Source: Acetobacteraceae bacterium (GTDB lineage: Bacteria > Pseudomonadota > Alphaproteobacteria > Acetobacterales > Acetobacteraceae). From it: a stretch of 64,000 nt of DNA. The stretch is from positions 15,496 through 79,495 of the forward strand of contig JALHQB010000002.1 in the NCBI GenBank assembly GCA_022842185.1. The letters are read 5' to 3'. The translations under genes and the position numbers were made by a program. Shown here piece after piece: positions 1 to 9,489 of this stretch (position 1 is its first letter; every line of letters starts with the position of its first letter). The notes beneath the pieces are model-generated. The model made no database searches. It worked only from the letters and a program-made list of their open reading frames with translations, and was not told where the DNA came from.

Positions 1-149
1 GAGCCGAACGGCTGGGCTGGGCGGGCCCGATCGCCGCAGCGCCGGACGAACCCGAGATCGGCTCGCTGCGCGACCGGCTGGAAGCCTCGCCACTCACGAA
101 TGCGCTGCCACTCGCCCCGCCGGTCGGCGATCGCGGCGGCCCGGATTGA
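1..149 (+). CDS. 3' end of a CDS truncated by the window edge; product unknown
   Basis: Open frame from position 3 (AERLGWAGP...GGPD) ends at TGA 147-149, just upstream of the thiolase RBS. Confidence 0.4.
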   Translation, partial: AERLGWAGPIAAAPDEPEIGSLRDRLEASPLTNALPLAPPVGDRGGPD

Positions 150-174
150 ACCCGAACGACCAGGAGCAACCGTC

Positions 175-1347
175 ATGACCGAATCCTGCATCATCGGCTG
201 GGCGCACAGCCCCTTCGGCAAGCTCGAAGACGCCCCTGACCTTGAGACGCTGATGGCCCGCGTCGCCCGCGTGGCCATCGAGGATGCCGGCATCGCGCCC
301 GAGGATGTCGATGCCGGCTTCGTCGGAGTCTTCGGGGAGGGCTTCACGCCGCAGGGATTTCCCGCCTCGCTGCTGCTGCAATCGGTCCCGGAACTGCGGT
401 TCAAGCCGATCACGCGCTTCGAGAATGCCTGTGCGACAGGGTCCGCCGCGATTCATGGCGCGCGGGACTTCATCGCCGCCGGGCGCGGCCGCATCGCGCT
501 GGTGGTGGGGGCGGAGAAGATGACCTCCACCCCCGGCCCGAAGGTGGGCGACATCCTGCTGACTGCGTCCTATCGCAAGACGGAGCAGGATATCGAAGGC
601 GGCTTCGCCGGCGTCTTCGGGCGCATCGCCGAGGCTTATTTCCAGCGCCATGGCGACCAGTCGGATGCTCTGGCGGCCATCGCGGCCAAGAACCACAAGA
701 ACGGCGTGGACAATCCCTGGGCGCAGATGCGCCGGGATCTCGGCTATGAATTCTGCCGCACCGAGAGCGAGAAGAACCCCTATGTCGCGCGCCCGCTGAA
801 GCGCACGGATTGCTCGCTGGTGTCCGATGGCGCGGCGGCGCTGGTGCTGGCGGATGCCGAGACGGCGCAGTCGATGGGCAAGGCCATCCGCTTCCGTGCC
901 GCCGTTCAGGTCAACGACCTGCTGCCCATCGCGGCGCGCGACATCGTTCGCTTCGAAGGCGCCAGGGAGGCCTGGGCGCGGGCTTATGCCCAGGCGGGCA
1001 TCACCGTGGCCGACCTGTCCTTCGTCGAGACGCATGACTGCTTCACCATCGCCGAGCTGATCGAATACGAGGCGATGGGCTTGGCGGCGGAAGGGCAGGG
1101 TGGCCGCGCCGCGCTGGAAGGCTGGACGGCGGCGGGCGGACGATTGCCGGTGAACCGGTCCGGCGGCCTGAAATCCAAGGGGCATCCCATCGGGGCCACC
1201 GGCGTGTCGATGCATGTGCTGGCGGCGATGCAACTGACCGGAGCGGCGGGGGCGATGCAATTGCCCAAGGCCGATCTCGGCGGCGTGTTCAACATGGGTG
1301 GCGCGGCGGTGGCCAACTACGTCTCGGTTCTCGAACGCGCGCGATAG
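175..1347 (+). CDS. Thiolase family protein (acetyl-CoA acetyltransferase, HDCF-type)
   Basis: ENACATG, ETHDCF, NRSGGLKSKGHPIGATG and FNMGG motifs; GGAG RBS before ATG 175 (track start 100 is probably too long). Confidence 0.88.
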   Translation: MTESCIIGWAHSPFGKLEDAPDLETLMARVARVAIEDAGIAPEDVDAGFVGVFGEGFTPQGFPASLLLQSVPELRFKPITRFENACATGSAAIHGARDFIAAGRGRIALVVGAEKMTSTPGPKVGDILLTASYRKTEQDIEGGFAGVFGRIAEAYFQRHGDQSDALAAIAAKNHKNGVDNPWAQMRRDLGYEFCRTESEKNPYVARPLKRTDCSLVSDGAAALVLADAETAQSMGKAIRFRAAVQVNDLLPIAARDIVRFEGAREAWARAYAQAGITVADLSFVETHDCFTIAELIEYEAMGLAAEGQGGRAALEGWTAAGGRLPVNRSGGLKSKGHPIGATGVSMHVLAAMQLTGAAGAMQLPKADLGGVFNMGGAAVANYVSVLERAR

Positions 1348-1354
1348 AGCAGAT

Positions 1355-1382
1355 CGCGCCTGACTGGGGTCCGTCAGGCGCG
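1355..1382. terminator. GC-rich hairpin after the thiolase stop
   Basis: CGCGCCTGAC (1355-1364) / GTCAGGCGCG (1373-1382) perfect 10-bp inverted repeat; no U-tract. Confidence 0.35.
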
Positions 1383-1494
1383 TGAAGACGCTCGCGGGCG
1401 TCAGCGCGCGGAGGGCGACGTCCAACATCCTGGGGTCATGGGTCATGGCCCCTTGGCCATCTCAATTCTTTCTTCACCTGCTCCCGCTACCTGA

Positions 1495-3246
1495 ATGGAT
1501 CGCGGGTCGCGCCTTATCTCGATGGTGTGGCCTTGCTCCCATCCGGGTGAAGACAGGCGGTTCAGCATGGACGGAATGGCGGATGCCGAGATCGGGCGGA
1601 CCCAAGGCGTGGTCGCCGCCCTCCCTGCTTCGAGCACCACCGAAGGCCTGCTGAGCTTCGATGCCGACCTGCATGTCGGCCTGGTCAATGGCCGTGCCGT
1701 CGCGCTGCTGGGCCTGTCGCGGACGGCGCGCCAGGCGCGCGGGTTGCACGACATGCTCGAAGCCAGCCCGCGGCTCGACCGGGACGCTGTCGCATCCCTG
1801 CTCGCGGCCTGCCTTGCCGCCACCCTGCCGGACGCCGAGGAAGAGGCGGCGCTGCGCCTTCCGGGCGCGCCGGGGCTGCATTTTGCCATCCGCCGCGCCT
1901 CTGGCGGTTCATGGACAATCGCGGTTTTCGCGGAAACGCTGCTCGCCTCGGGCGCTGCCGGCTTCGATCCGCTGACCGGCCTCGCCGACCGCGCGATGTT
2001 CGAGGCCCGGTTGGCGGCCGCGCTGGACCGCCCGCCGCGCCGGCGCACCGGCAGTGCGGTGCTGTTGTGCGACATCGAAGGAATCCGCGCCGTCAACCAG
2101 GTGCTCGGCCACGCGATCGGCGAGGACCTGCTGCGCGCGGCGGCGCGGCGCCTCCAGGCGGCGGTGCGCGACGCCGACCTCGTGGCGCGCATGGCGGGCG
2201 AGGAGTTCGCTGTCCTGCAAAGCGATGTGGAGGATGGCGAACGGGCCGCCGCACTCGGTGGGCGGCTGGTCGAATTGCTGGGCCGGCCCTACCTGATCGG
2301 CGGGGAGGTGGTGATCGTCACACCGCGCATCGGGGTCGCGGTCTCCCCGAACGACGGAGCGAGCGCGGGCGAGTTGCTGCGCCGCGCCGCCATGGCCCGC
2401 AACGAAATCGGCGTGGAGGGCACCGGAGGCTTCCGCCGGTTCAGCCTTGAGATGGACCGGCGCTGGCAGGAACAGCGCGCCCTGGAGATCGCGCTGCGCG
2501 AAGCCGTCGCCGCCTGTGCCTTCGAACTGCACTACCAGCCCCAGCTTGCGCTGCCCGAAGGACGGCTGACCGGATTCGAGGCGCTGATCCGCTGGCGCCA
2601 TCCCGAACGCGGGCTCCTGGCCCCGGACGTCTTCCTGCCGGCGGCCGAACGGCTCGGCCTGATGCGACGGATCGGCACCTGGGTCCTGCAGGAAGCCTGC
2701 CGCATGGCGGCGAAATGGCCGGCACCGCTGACGGTGGCGGTGAACATCGCCCCCGCCCAGTTCGAGGATGGTGGGCTGCCCGCTGCGGTTGCCGAAGCCC
2801 TGGCGGCATCCGGCCTGCCGCCGTCCCGGCTGGAACTGGAAGTCAGCGAGACGGTGCTGCTCGCCAGCGCCGAATCGGCGCTGCATCAATTGCTAGACCT
2901 GCGCCAAAGCGGGGTACGCATCGCCATGGATGATTTCGGCACTGGCCATTCATCCCTGACGCAGCTCCGCGTTTTTCCCTTCGACCGGCTGAAGATCGAC
3001 CGATCCTTCATACAGGACCTGCCGGCCGGCGGCGATGCGGCGGCGATCGTGCGGGCGGTCGCCGGCCTGGGCCGCAGCCTGGGAATTGCCGTCACGGCCG
3101 AAGGTGTTGAAACGATGGAGCAACTGCGCCAGCTCTGCGCGGAAGGCTGCGACGCGGCCCAGGGATTCTATTTCGGACGACCGGTACCGATCGCCTTGGT
3201 CCCGGACATGATCGGGCGCCTGGGCCAGGCCGCCGTTCCAGCGTGA
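1495..3246 (+). CDS. GGDEF-EAL c-di-GMP protein, GGDEF degenerate, EAL apparently intact
   Basis: FDPLTGL, AGEEF, then YQPQ, FEALIRW, VNI, LELEVSE, DDFGTG, LKIDRSF, EGVE; start could be 1567 or 1576. Confidence 0.9.
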   Translation: MDRGSRLISMVWPCSHPGEDRRFSMDGMADAEIGRTQGVVAALPASSTTEGLLSFDADLHVGLVNGRAVALLGLSRTARQARGLHDMLEASPRLDRDAVASLLAACLAATLPDAEEEAALRLPGAPGLHFAIRRASGGSWTIAVFAETLLASGAAGFDPLTGLADRAMFEARLAAALDRPPRRRTGSAVLLCDIEGIRAVNQVLGHAIGEDLLRAAARRLQAAVRDADLVARMAGEEFAVLQSDVEDGERAAALGGRLVELLGRPYLIGGEVVIVTPRIGVAVSPNDGASAGELLRRAAMARNEIGVEGTGGFRRFSLEMDRRWQEQRALEIALREAVAACAFELHYQPQLALPEGRLTGFEALIRWRHPERGLLAPDVFLPAAERLGLMRRIGTWVLQEACRMAAKWPAPLTVAVNIAPAQFEDGGLPAAVAEALAASGLPPSRLELEVSETVLLASAESALHQLLDLRQSGVRIAMDDFGTGHSSLTQLRVFPFDRLKIDRSFIQDLPAGGDAAAIVRAVAGLGRSLGIAVTAEGVETMEQLRQLCAEGCDAAQGFYFGRPVPIALVPDMIGRLGQAAVPA

Positions 3247-3310
3247 TGCGGCGGCGCCGGAGAAGGGCCCCCGATTGAAGGTGAAGGCAGGCGAAGACCC
3301 CGTCCGGCAA

Positions 3311-4009
3311 TCAACGCTCGACGGCGTCGACCTCATCCGCACGCAGGCGCAGCGCATCCAGAACCTGGGGGTCGAACTGGCCGGGCTGTATCCGGCCGTC
3401 GCCCTCAAAGATACGTGCCAGCGCCTGCCCGTGGTCCTGGGCGTCCTTGTAGGGACGATCGGAGCGCAGCGCGTCATAGACATCAGCCACCGCCACCAAG
3501 CGCGCCGCGAGCGGTATCTCCGCGCCGGCCAGGCCGACCGGATACCCGCTGCCATCCCAGCGTTCGTGATGCATCAGCGCAATGATCGCCGCGAGCCGCA
3601 TCCACGGCGCCCGCGCATGGGCCAGGATGCTGGCTCCAAGCACGGTATGCCGTTCCATCTGCCGCCGTGCCTCCGGGTCCAGCACATGGCGATGACCCAA
3701 TATGCCGTCGGGCAGGGACATCTTGCCGATGTCGTGCAGCGCGGCAGCACGTTCGAGGATGTCCTGCAGGTCGCGCGGCAGGCCCAATTCCCCGGCCAGA
3801 ATCGCGGCGATGCGACCGACCCGCCGCGGATGGTCCGGGCCTTCGGGATCGGTGAGGGAGGCTCGGCCCACCAGTCCTTCCAGGGCGGCGTCATGCTCAT
3901 CGCAGATGCCGGGCAGCCGCGCGGCGACGCCAACCTTCGGTTCAGCGCGTGGCCCGGTGCCCGGGCAAGCCATTGCCCAAACGGGCAAGGGTGAGATCAG
4001 CCGCTCCAT
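3311..4009 (-). CDS. Stand-alone HD-GYP domain phosphodiesterase
   Basis: LHDIGK, HT, HHERWDGSGYP, ADVYDAL, RPYK motifs. Confidence 0.9.
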   Translation of the reverse strand: MERLISPLPVWAMACPGTGPRAEPKVGVAARLPGICDEHDAALEGLVGRASLTDPEGPDHPRRVGRIAAILAGELGLPRDLQDILERAAALHDIGKMSLPDGILGHRHVLDPEARRQMERHTVLGASILAHARAPWMRLAAIIALMHHERWDGSGYPVGLAGAEIPLAARLVAVADVYDALRSDRPYKDAQDHGQALARIFEGDGRIQPGQFDPQVLDALRLRADEVDAVER

Positions 4010-4102
4010 TCACGCCGTAATCCGCGCCAGTATGGCGTCCTGGCAGGGTAAAGACTTGACGCGTCTCGGAACAGAGAAAACATCGAAAAAATTAACTCAA
4101 TC

Positions 4103-5254
4103 TTATGTGTCTGATGTGACGAGTATTACAACCGCGGCTTGTGCGGCGATGCCTTCTTCGCGCCCCGCGAAGCCCAGCCGCTCCGTCGTTGTCGCCTTCA
4201 CCGAAATAGCCCCCAGGGGCGCTCCGAGCAGGTCCGCCAGCCGCGCCCGCATCGCCGCGGCATGGGGCGCGATTTTCGGACGCTCGCAGATCAGCGTGAC
4301 ATCGGCATTGCCCAGCACGCCGCCGCGCGCGGCGATCCGTGACGCGGCATGGCGCAGGAACCGCGCGCTGTCGGCATCCTTCCACTGCGCTTCGGAGGGC
4401 GGGAACCAGCGCCCGATATCGCCCTCGGCCAGCGCGCCATAGATCGCGTCGCACAACGCGTGGATGCCGACATCCGCATCCGAATGCCCCGACAGTCCCA
4501 GCGGGGACGCGATCGTCACCCCGCACAGCACCAGCGGCCGCCCTGCTTCGAGCCGGTGCACGTCGAAGCCCGTGCCCATCCGGGGAACCAGGCGAGCGGC
4601 GAGATGGGCTTCCACGCGGGCGAGATCCTCTGGCCAGGTGATCTTGATGTTGGCCTCGCCGCCCGCGACCAGGGCGACCGGCAGGCCGGCGGCTTCCAGC
4701 AGCGCGGCATCGTCGGTCGCGCTGCCATCGCCTGACCGGTGCGCGGCGACCAGCACATCGTAGCGGAAGGCCTGCGGCGTCTGGGCGCGGAACAGGCCCT
4801 CACGCGCGACGGTCTGGATGATGCGGCCCTCGGCGGCGCGTTTCAGCGTGTCGGTCACCGGCTGGGCCGGGATGGCGCCCGGCGCATCCTCCAAAGCGGC
4901 CTGCAAAGCGGCGATGGTGCCCGCCGGAATGTTGGGGCGCGCGGCATCATGCACCAGCACGAGACGCGGCGGATCAGCGCCCAGCGCCGCCAGCCCGGCC
5001 TGGACGCTGGCCGCCCGGGTCGCGCCCCCCGCCACGGGGGGCAGGCAGGGCAGCCCATCCAGCAGCGCCGCGACGCGGGCTTCGTCACCCGCCTGGACCA
5101 CCGGCAGGATGCGGCGCACGAGGCCGTCGCGCAGCAGCGCTTCGGCCGAATGACGCAGCACCGGGCGCCCCAGCAACGGCAGATATTGCTTGGCGACCGC
5201 GGTGCCAAAGCGCGTGCCGGCGCCGGCAGCCATCAACAGGGCATCCATTGTCAT
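4103..5254 (-). CDS. ispDF: Bifunctional IspD/IspF (MEP pathway)
   Basis: [23 protein letters not shown] (IspD); GFDVH, HSDADV, GDIG, KATTTE (IspF). Confidence 0.95.
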   Translation of the reverse strand: MTMDALLMAAGAGTRFGTAVAKQYLPLLGRPVLRHSAEALLRDGLVRRILPVVQAGDEARVAALLDGLPCLPPVAGGATRAASVQAGLAALGADPPRLVLVHDAARPNIPAGTIAALQAALEDAPGAIPAQPVTDTLKRAAEGRIIQTVAREGLFRAQTPQAFRYDVLVAAHRSGDGSATDDAALLEAAGLPVALVAGGEANIKITWPEDLARVEAHLAARLVPRMGTGFDVHRLEAGRPLVLCGVTIASPLGLSGHSDADVGIHALCDAIYGALAEGDIGRWFPPSEAQWKDADSARFLRHAASRIAARGGVLGNADVTLICERPKIAPHAAAMRARLADLLGAPLGAISVKATTTERLGFAGREEGIAAQAAVVILVTSDT

Positions 5255-5302
5255 CGGCGGCTCCGGCCCCCGGATCTGCTCTGAAGGGCCGGGCCGGATA
5301 GA

Positions 5303-5692
5303 CTATTTCCGGCGGTTGTCCAAGGCGAAGGCGCCGCCGCCGGCGAAGACGAAATACAGGAAGATGAAGCAATACAGGATCGCCGCGTCACCGCCGTTCA
5401 GCACCGGGAACGGGCTGCGCGGTGCATGCGCGATCCAATAGGCCGCCGCCATCAACCCCGACAGGACGAAGGCCGTGGGGCGCACGAACAATCCGATGGC
5501 AAGCAGGATGCCGCCGGCCATCTCCAGCAACCCGGCAATGCCATACATGGACAACATGGGGGGCGCCGCGCCGCCGCCGGGGCGATCGGGGAAGCCCAGC
5601 AGCTTCTGGGTGCCGTGTTCGAAGAAGATCACCGCGGCGACGATGCGGAGGAGGCCGAGCGCATACGGCGCCCAGCGCGTGAGAGACAGCAT
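5303..5692 (-). CDS. DoxX family membrane protein
   Basis: LLRIVAAVIFFEHGTQKLLGFP, NGGDAAILYCFIFLY, GGGAFALD; four hydrophobic segments. Confidence 0.85.
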   Translation of the reverse strand: MLSLTRWAPYALGLLRIVAAVIFFEHGTQKLLGFPDRPGGGAAPPMLSMYGIAGLLEMAGGILLAIGLFVRPTAFVLSGLMAAAYWIAHAPRSPFPVLNGGDAAILYCFIFLYFVFAGGGAFALDNRRK

Positions 5693-5837
5693 GTCAGAAA
5701 TTCCCGGAGTCTGTTCTGCACCGCAACATGCCGAATCCCTGGGCAGGTCGCAATGGCGGTGATGCGTGCGCTATTCTTCGCCAATCCTGCGCTGGCCGGT
5801 TGCCGAACGGTCGAACAGGCCGTACTCTGCCCAAATC

Positions 5838-6899
5838 ATGAGCAACGTTTCCGCGAAAAGGCTGGCGCCGATCAACCTCGGCGCCATGACCATCGACACG
5901 CCGGTGATCCTCGCCCCCATGTCGGGCGTCACGGACCTGCCGTTCCGCCGCCTGGCACGGGCGCTGGGTGCGCCGATGGTGGTCAGCGAGATGATCGCCT
6001 CCCAGGCCATGATCCGCACCAACCGCCAGACCCTGAAGATGGCGGAGGTGGACGGCTTCGGCGGCCCCGCTTCGGTGCAGCTCGCGGGCTGTGAGGCGGA
6101 GGCGATGGCCGAGGCCGCGCGCCTCGTGGTCGATCGGGGCGCGGCCGTGGTCGACATCAATTTCGGCTGCCCGGTGAAGAAGGTCGCCGTCGGGCAATCT
6201 GCCGGCTCGGCGCTGATGCGCGACGAGGTCGCCGCCGCGCGCATCCTCGAAGCGACCGTGCGGGCCGTGTCGGTGCCGGTCACGCTGAAGATGCGGATGG
6301 GCTGGGACCACAACTGCCTCAACGCGCCGACGCTCGCGCGCATCGCGCAGGAATCAGGCATCCGCATGGTCACGGTCCATGGCCGGACCCGGCAGATGTT
6401 CTACACTGGCACGGCGGATTGGGACTTCATCGCATCGGTGAAGGATGCGGTCTCCATCCCCGTCATCGCCAATGGCGACATCAACACGGTGGAAGACGCG
6501 GTCGAGGCGCTGCGCCGTTCCGGTGCGGATGGCGTGATGATCGGGCGCGGCTGCTACGGCCGCCCGTGGTTCCCCGCCGTGGTCGCCGCGCGCCTGCGGG
6601 GCGAGGATGCGTCGGAGCCCTCGCTGGAGGAGCAAAAGCGCATCCTCCTCGCCCATTACGCAGACATGCTGGACCATCATGGCGCCAGCCCCGGTGTGCG
6701 GCTCGCGCGCAAGCATGTCGCCTGGTATTCCAAGGGCCTGCCCGGTTCGGCGGAATTCCGCGTCGAGGTGAACCGCTGCGAGACGGCCGATGCCGTCACC
6801 GGTTTGGTACATGCCTTCTACGACCCGCTGATTGAACGCGGTGTCGAGGCCGTGCGCGACGCCTTCCGCGAGGCCGGCGAGGACCGGATGGCGGCATGA
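5838..6899 (+). CDS. dusB: tRNA-dihydrouridine synthase B (NifR3 type)
   Basis: [36 protein letters not shown]; first gene of the ntrBC operon. Confidence 0.93.
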   Translation: MSNVSAKRLAPINLGAMTIDTPVILAPMSGVTDLPFRRLARALGAPMVVSEMIASQAMIRTNRQTLKMAEVDGFGGPASVQLAGCEAEAMAEAARLVVDRGAAVVDINFGCPVKKVAVGQSAGSALMRDEVAAARILEATVRAVSVPVTLKMRMGWDHNCLNAPTLARIAQESGIRMVTVHGRTRQMFYTGTADWDFIASVKDAVSIPVIANGDINTVEDAVEALRRSGADGVMIGRGCYGRPWFPAVVAARLRGEDASEPSLEEQKRILLAHYADMLDHHGASPGVRLARKHVAWYSKGLPGSAEFRVEVNRCETADAVTGLVHAFYDPLIERGVEAVRDAFREAGEDRMAA

Positions 6900-8032
6900 A
6901 GACCGGCCTGTTGCGCCGCGCCGTGCGCCCGATCGGCTGGAAGGGCCGCACGGTCCCCGAGGCCACCGCCATCCTCAGCGCCATGCCGATGCCGGTGGTG
7001 GTGCTCGATGCCGAGAACCGCTTCGTCAGCGCCAATGCGGCGGCCGAGCAATTCTTCCAGGCCTCGACCGCGTCCCTGTCGCAGATGCGCCTGTCGGACA
7101 TGCTGCCCGAGGATGGGCGCATCTTCGCGCTGATCGCCCAGGTGCGGGGCACCGATGCGCGCATCTCCGACCACGACCTGTCGCTCGAAAGCCCGCGCCT
7201 GGCCCGGCGCGGCGTGACCGTCCATGCCGCGCCGCTGCCGGAGATGCCCGGCGCGGTGGTGCTGACGCTCGAGGACGGGTCGACCGCGCAGATGCTGGAC
7301 CGGCAGTTGAATTTCCGTGGCGCCGCGCGCGGTGCCTCCGCCATGGCGGCGATGCTCGCGCATGAGGTGAAGAACCCGCTTTCGGGCATCCGCGGCGCGG
7401 CGCAGCTGCTGGAACAGAACGCCAATGAGGGCGACCGCGAACTGTGCCAGTTGATCCAGGATGAAGCCGACCGCATCCGCGGGCTGGTCGATCGCTTCGA
7501 TATGTTCTCCGATCGCCCGACCGACCTGGCGCCGGTGAACATCCACCGCGTGCTGGATCATGTGCGACGCATCGCGGTGACCGGCTTCGCGTCCCACCTA
7601 CGCGTCGTGGAGGATTACGACCCGTCGCTGCCACCGATTTGGGGCAATCGTGACCTGCTTGTTCAAATTCTGCTCAATCTGGTCAAGAACGCGGCAGAAG
7701 CGGTGGATCCCCAGCACGGCGAAATCCTGCTCTCGACCGCCTACCACCACGGCGTCCGCATCGCTGTCCCAGGGTCAACCGACCGCGTTCACCTCCCATT
7801 GCAGGTGAGCGTCCGCGACAATGGCCCCGGAATCGCGGAAGAAGTGCGCGGCACGCTTTTTGAACCCTTTGTCTCCACGAAGCGGGGGGGACAAGGGCTC
7901 GGCCTCGCGCTCGCGGCGAAACTCGTGGCGGACCAGGGCGGGCTGATCGAATGCGACAGCCGCCCCGGCCGCACTGTGTTCCGTCTTTCCATGCCAGCGC
8001 CCCCACCGGGAAGCCTCGGAACTGCTCAATGA
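6896..8032 (+). CDS. ntrB: Nitrogen regulation sensor kinase NtrB
   Basis: PAS-like N-terminus, [33 protein letters not shown] overlap with dusB. Confidence 0.93.
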   Translation: MKTGLLRRAVRPIGWKGRTVPEATAILSAMPMPVVVLDAENRFVSANAAAEQFFQASTASLSQMRLSDMLPEDGRIFALIAQVRGTDARISDHDLSLESPRLARRGVTVHAAPLPEMPGAVVLTLEDGSTAQMLDRQLNFRGAARGASAMAAMLAHEVKNPLSGIRGAAQLLEQNANEGDRELCQLIQDEADRIRGLVDRFDMFSDRPTDLAPVNIHRVLDHVRRIAVTGFASHLRVVEDYDPSLPPIWGNRDLLVQILLNLVKNAAEAVDPQHGEILLSTAYHHGVRIAVPGSTDRVHLPLQVSVRDNGPGIAEEVRGTLFEPFVSTKRGGQGLGLALAAKLVADQGGLIECDSRPGRTVFRLSMPAPPPGSLGTAQ

Positions 8033-9471
8033 CTGAACCGCGCACCATCCTTATTGCCGATGACGATCGCGCCATCCGCACCGTGTTGAGCCAGGCGCTC
8101 GCGCGCTCCGGCTACCAGGTGCGGGCGACGTCCTCGGCGGCCACGCTGTGGCGTTGGGTGGAGGATGGGGAAGGCGACCTTGTCATCACCGACGTGGTGA
8201 TGCCCGACGAGAACGGGCTGGACTTGGTGCCACGCATCAAGCGCATCCGTCCCGAATTGCGCGTGGTGGTGATGTCCGCGCAATCGACCTTCGCCACCGC
8301 CATGAAGGCCACACAGCGCGGCGCCTTCGAATACCTGCCCAAGCCCTTCGACCTGAAGGAATTGCTGGCGGTGGTCGAACGCGCGCTGGCCGCGCCGGCC
8401 GAACCCGCGGTGGTGGAAGACCACGACCAGGGCGAGAAGCTGCCGCTGGTCGGCCGCTCGGCCGCGATGCAGGAGATCTACCGCACCGTCGCGCGCCTCA
8501 CGACGACCGACCTGACGGTGATGATCACCGGCGAGTCCGGCACCGGCAAGGAACTGGTCGCGCGCGCGCTGCACGACTACGGCAAGCGCCGATCAGGGCC
8601 GTTCGTCGCCATCAACATGGCCGCCATCCCGCGCGAATTGATCGAAGCTGAGTTGTTCGGCCATGAGCGCGGCGCCTTCACCGGCGCGTTGAACCGCGGC
8701 ATCGGCCGGTTCGAGCAGGCGGCTGGCGGCACCTTGTTCCTCGATGAGATCGGCGACATGCCGCCCGAGGCGCAGACCCGGCTGCTGCGCGTGTTGCAGG
8801 AAGGCGAGTTCACCACGGTGGGCGGCCGCCAGCCGATCAAGGCGAATGTCCGCATCGTCGCCGCCACGCATCGGGACCTGCGGCAATTGATCCGCCAGGG
8901 GATGTTCCGCGAGGATCTCTTCTACCGCCTGAACGTCGTGCCGATCCGCCTGCCGCCCTTGCGTGAGCGCATCGAGGACATCCCGCTGCTGGCGCGCCAC
9001 TTCCTCGACCGCGCGCGGGCTTCCGGCCTGCCGCTCAAGCAGTTGAGCCCGGAGGCGCTGGACGGCCTGAAGGCCCATGCCTGGCCGGGCAATGCGCGCG
9101 AACTCGAAAACCTGATGCGCCGCCTCGCCGCGCTGTATGCGCAGGAGGTCATCGGCGGCGATGCCGTGGCGGCGGAACTGGCCGAGGCGGTGCAGCCGGC
9201 CGGCCCCGATGGCCAGTCCCAGCCCGCCACGCTGGAGCAGGCCGTCGAACGCCACCTGCAGACCTTCATGTCGGCCCATAAGGATGGCATGCCTGTGCGG
9301 GACCTGTATGAGCGCGTGCTGGCCGAGGTCGAACGCCCGCTGCTCCGACTCGCCCTTGGTGCTACAAGGGGCAACCAGATCAAGGCAGCGGCGATGCTTG
9401 GACTCAACCGCAACACCCTGCGCAAGAAAATCCGCGAGCTCGAGCTGCCCGTGGTGCGCGGCCTGTCCTGA
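8029..9471 (+). CDS. ntrC: Sigma54-dependent response regulator NtrC
   Basis: Receiver domain, [21 protein letters not shown]-terminal Fis-type HTH ([11 protein letters not shown]); ATG 8029 overlaps the ntrB stop. Confidence 0.95.
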   Translation: MTEPRTILIADDDRAIRTVLSQALARSGYQVRATSSAATLWRWVEDGEGDLVITDVVMPDENGLDLVPRIKRIRPELRVVVMSAQSTFATAMKATQRGAFEYLPKPFDLKELLAVVERALAAPAEPAVVEDHDQGEKLPLVGRSAAMQEIYRTVARLTTTDLTVMITGESGTGKELVARALHDYGKRRSGPFVAINMAAIPRELIEAELFGHERGAFTGALNRGIGRFEQAAGGTLFLDEIGDMPPEAQTRLLRVLQEGEFTTVGGRQPIKANVRIVAATHRDLRQLIRQGMFREDLFYRLNVVPIRLPPLRERIEDIPLLARHFLDRARASGLPLKQLSPEALDGLKAHAWPGNARELENLMRRLAALYAQEVIGGDAVAAELAEAVQPAGPDGQSQPATLEQAVERHLQTFMSAHKDGMPVRDLYERVLAEVERPLLRLALGATRGNQIKAAAMLGLNRNTLRKKIRELELPVVRGLS

Positions 9472-9489
9472 CCATGTGTAGGCCCTGAC

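Noticed and set aside
94-1446. 450-aa - strand ORF over the thiolase
   Set aside because: Antisense shadow with low-complexity Arg/Gly/Ala content.
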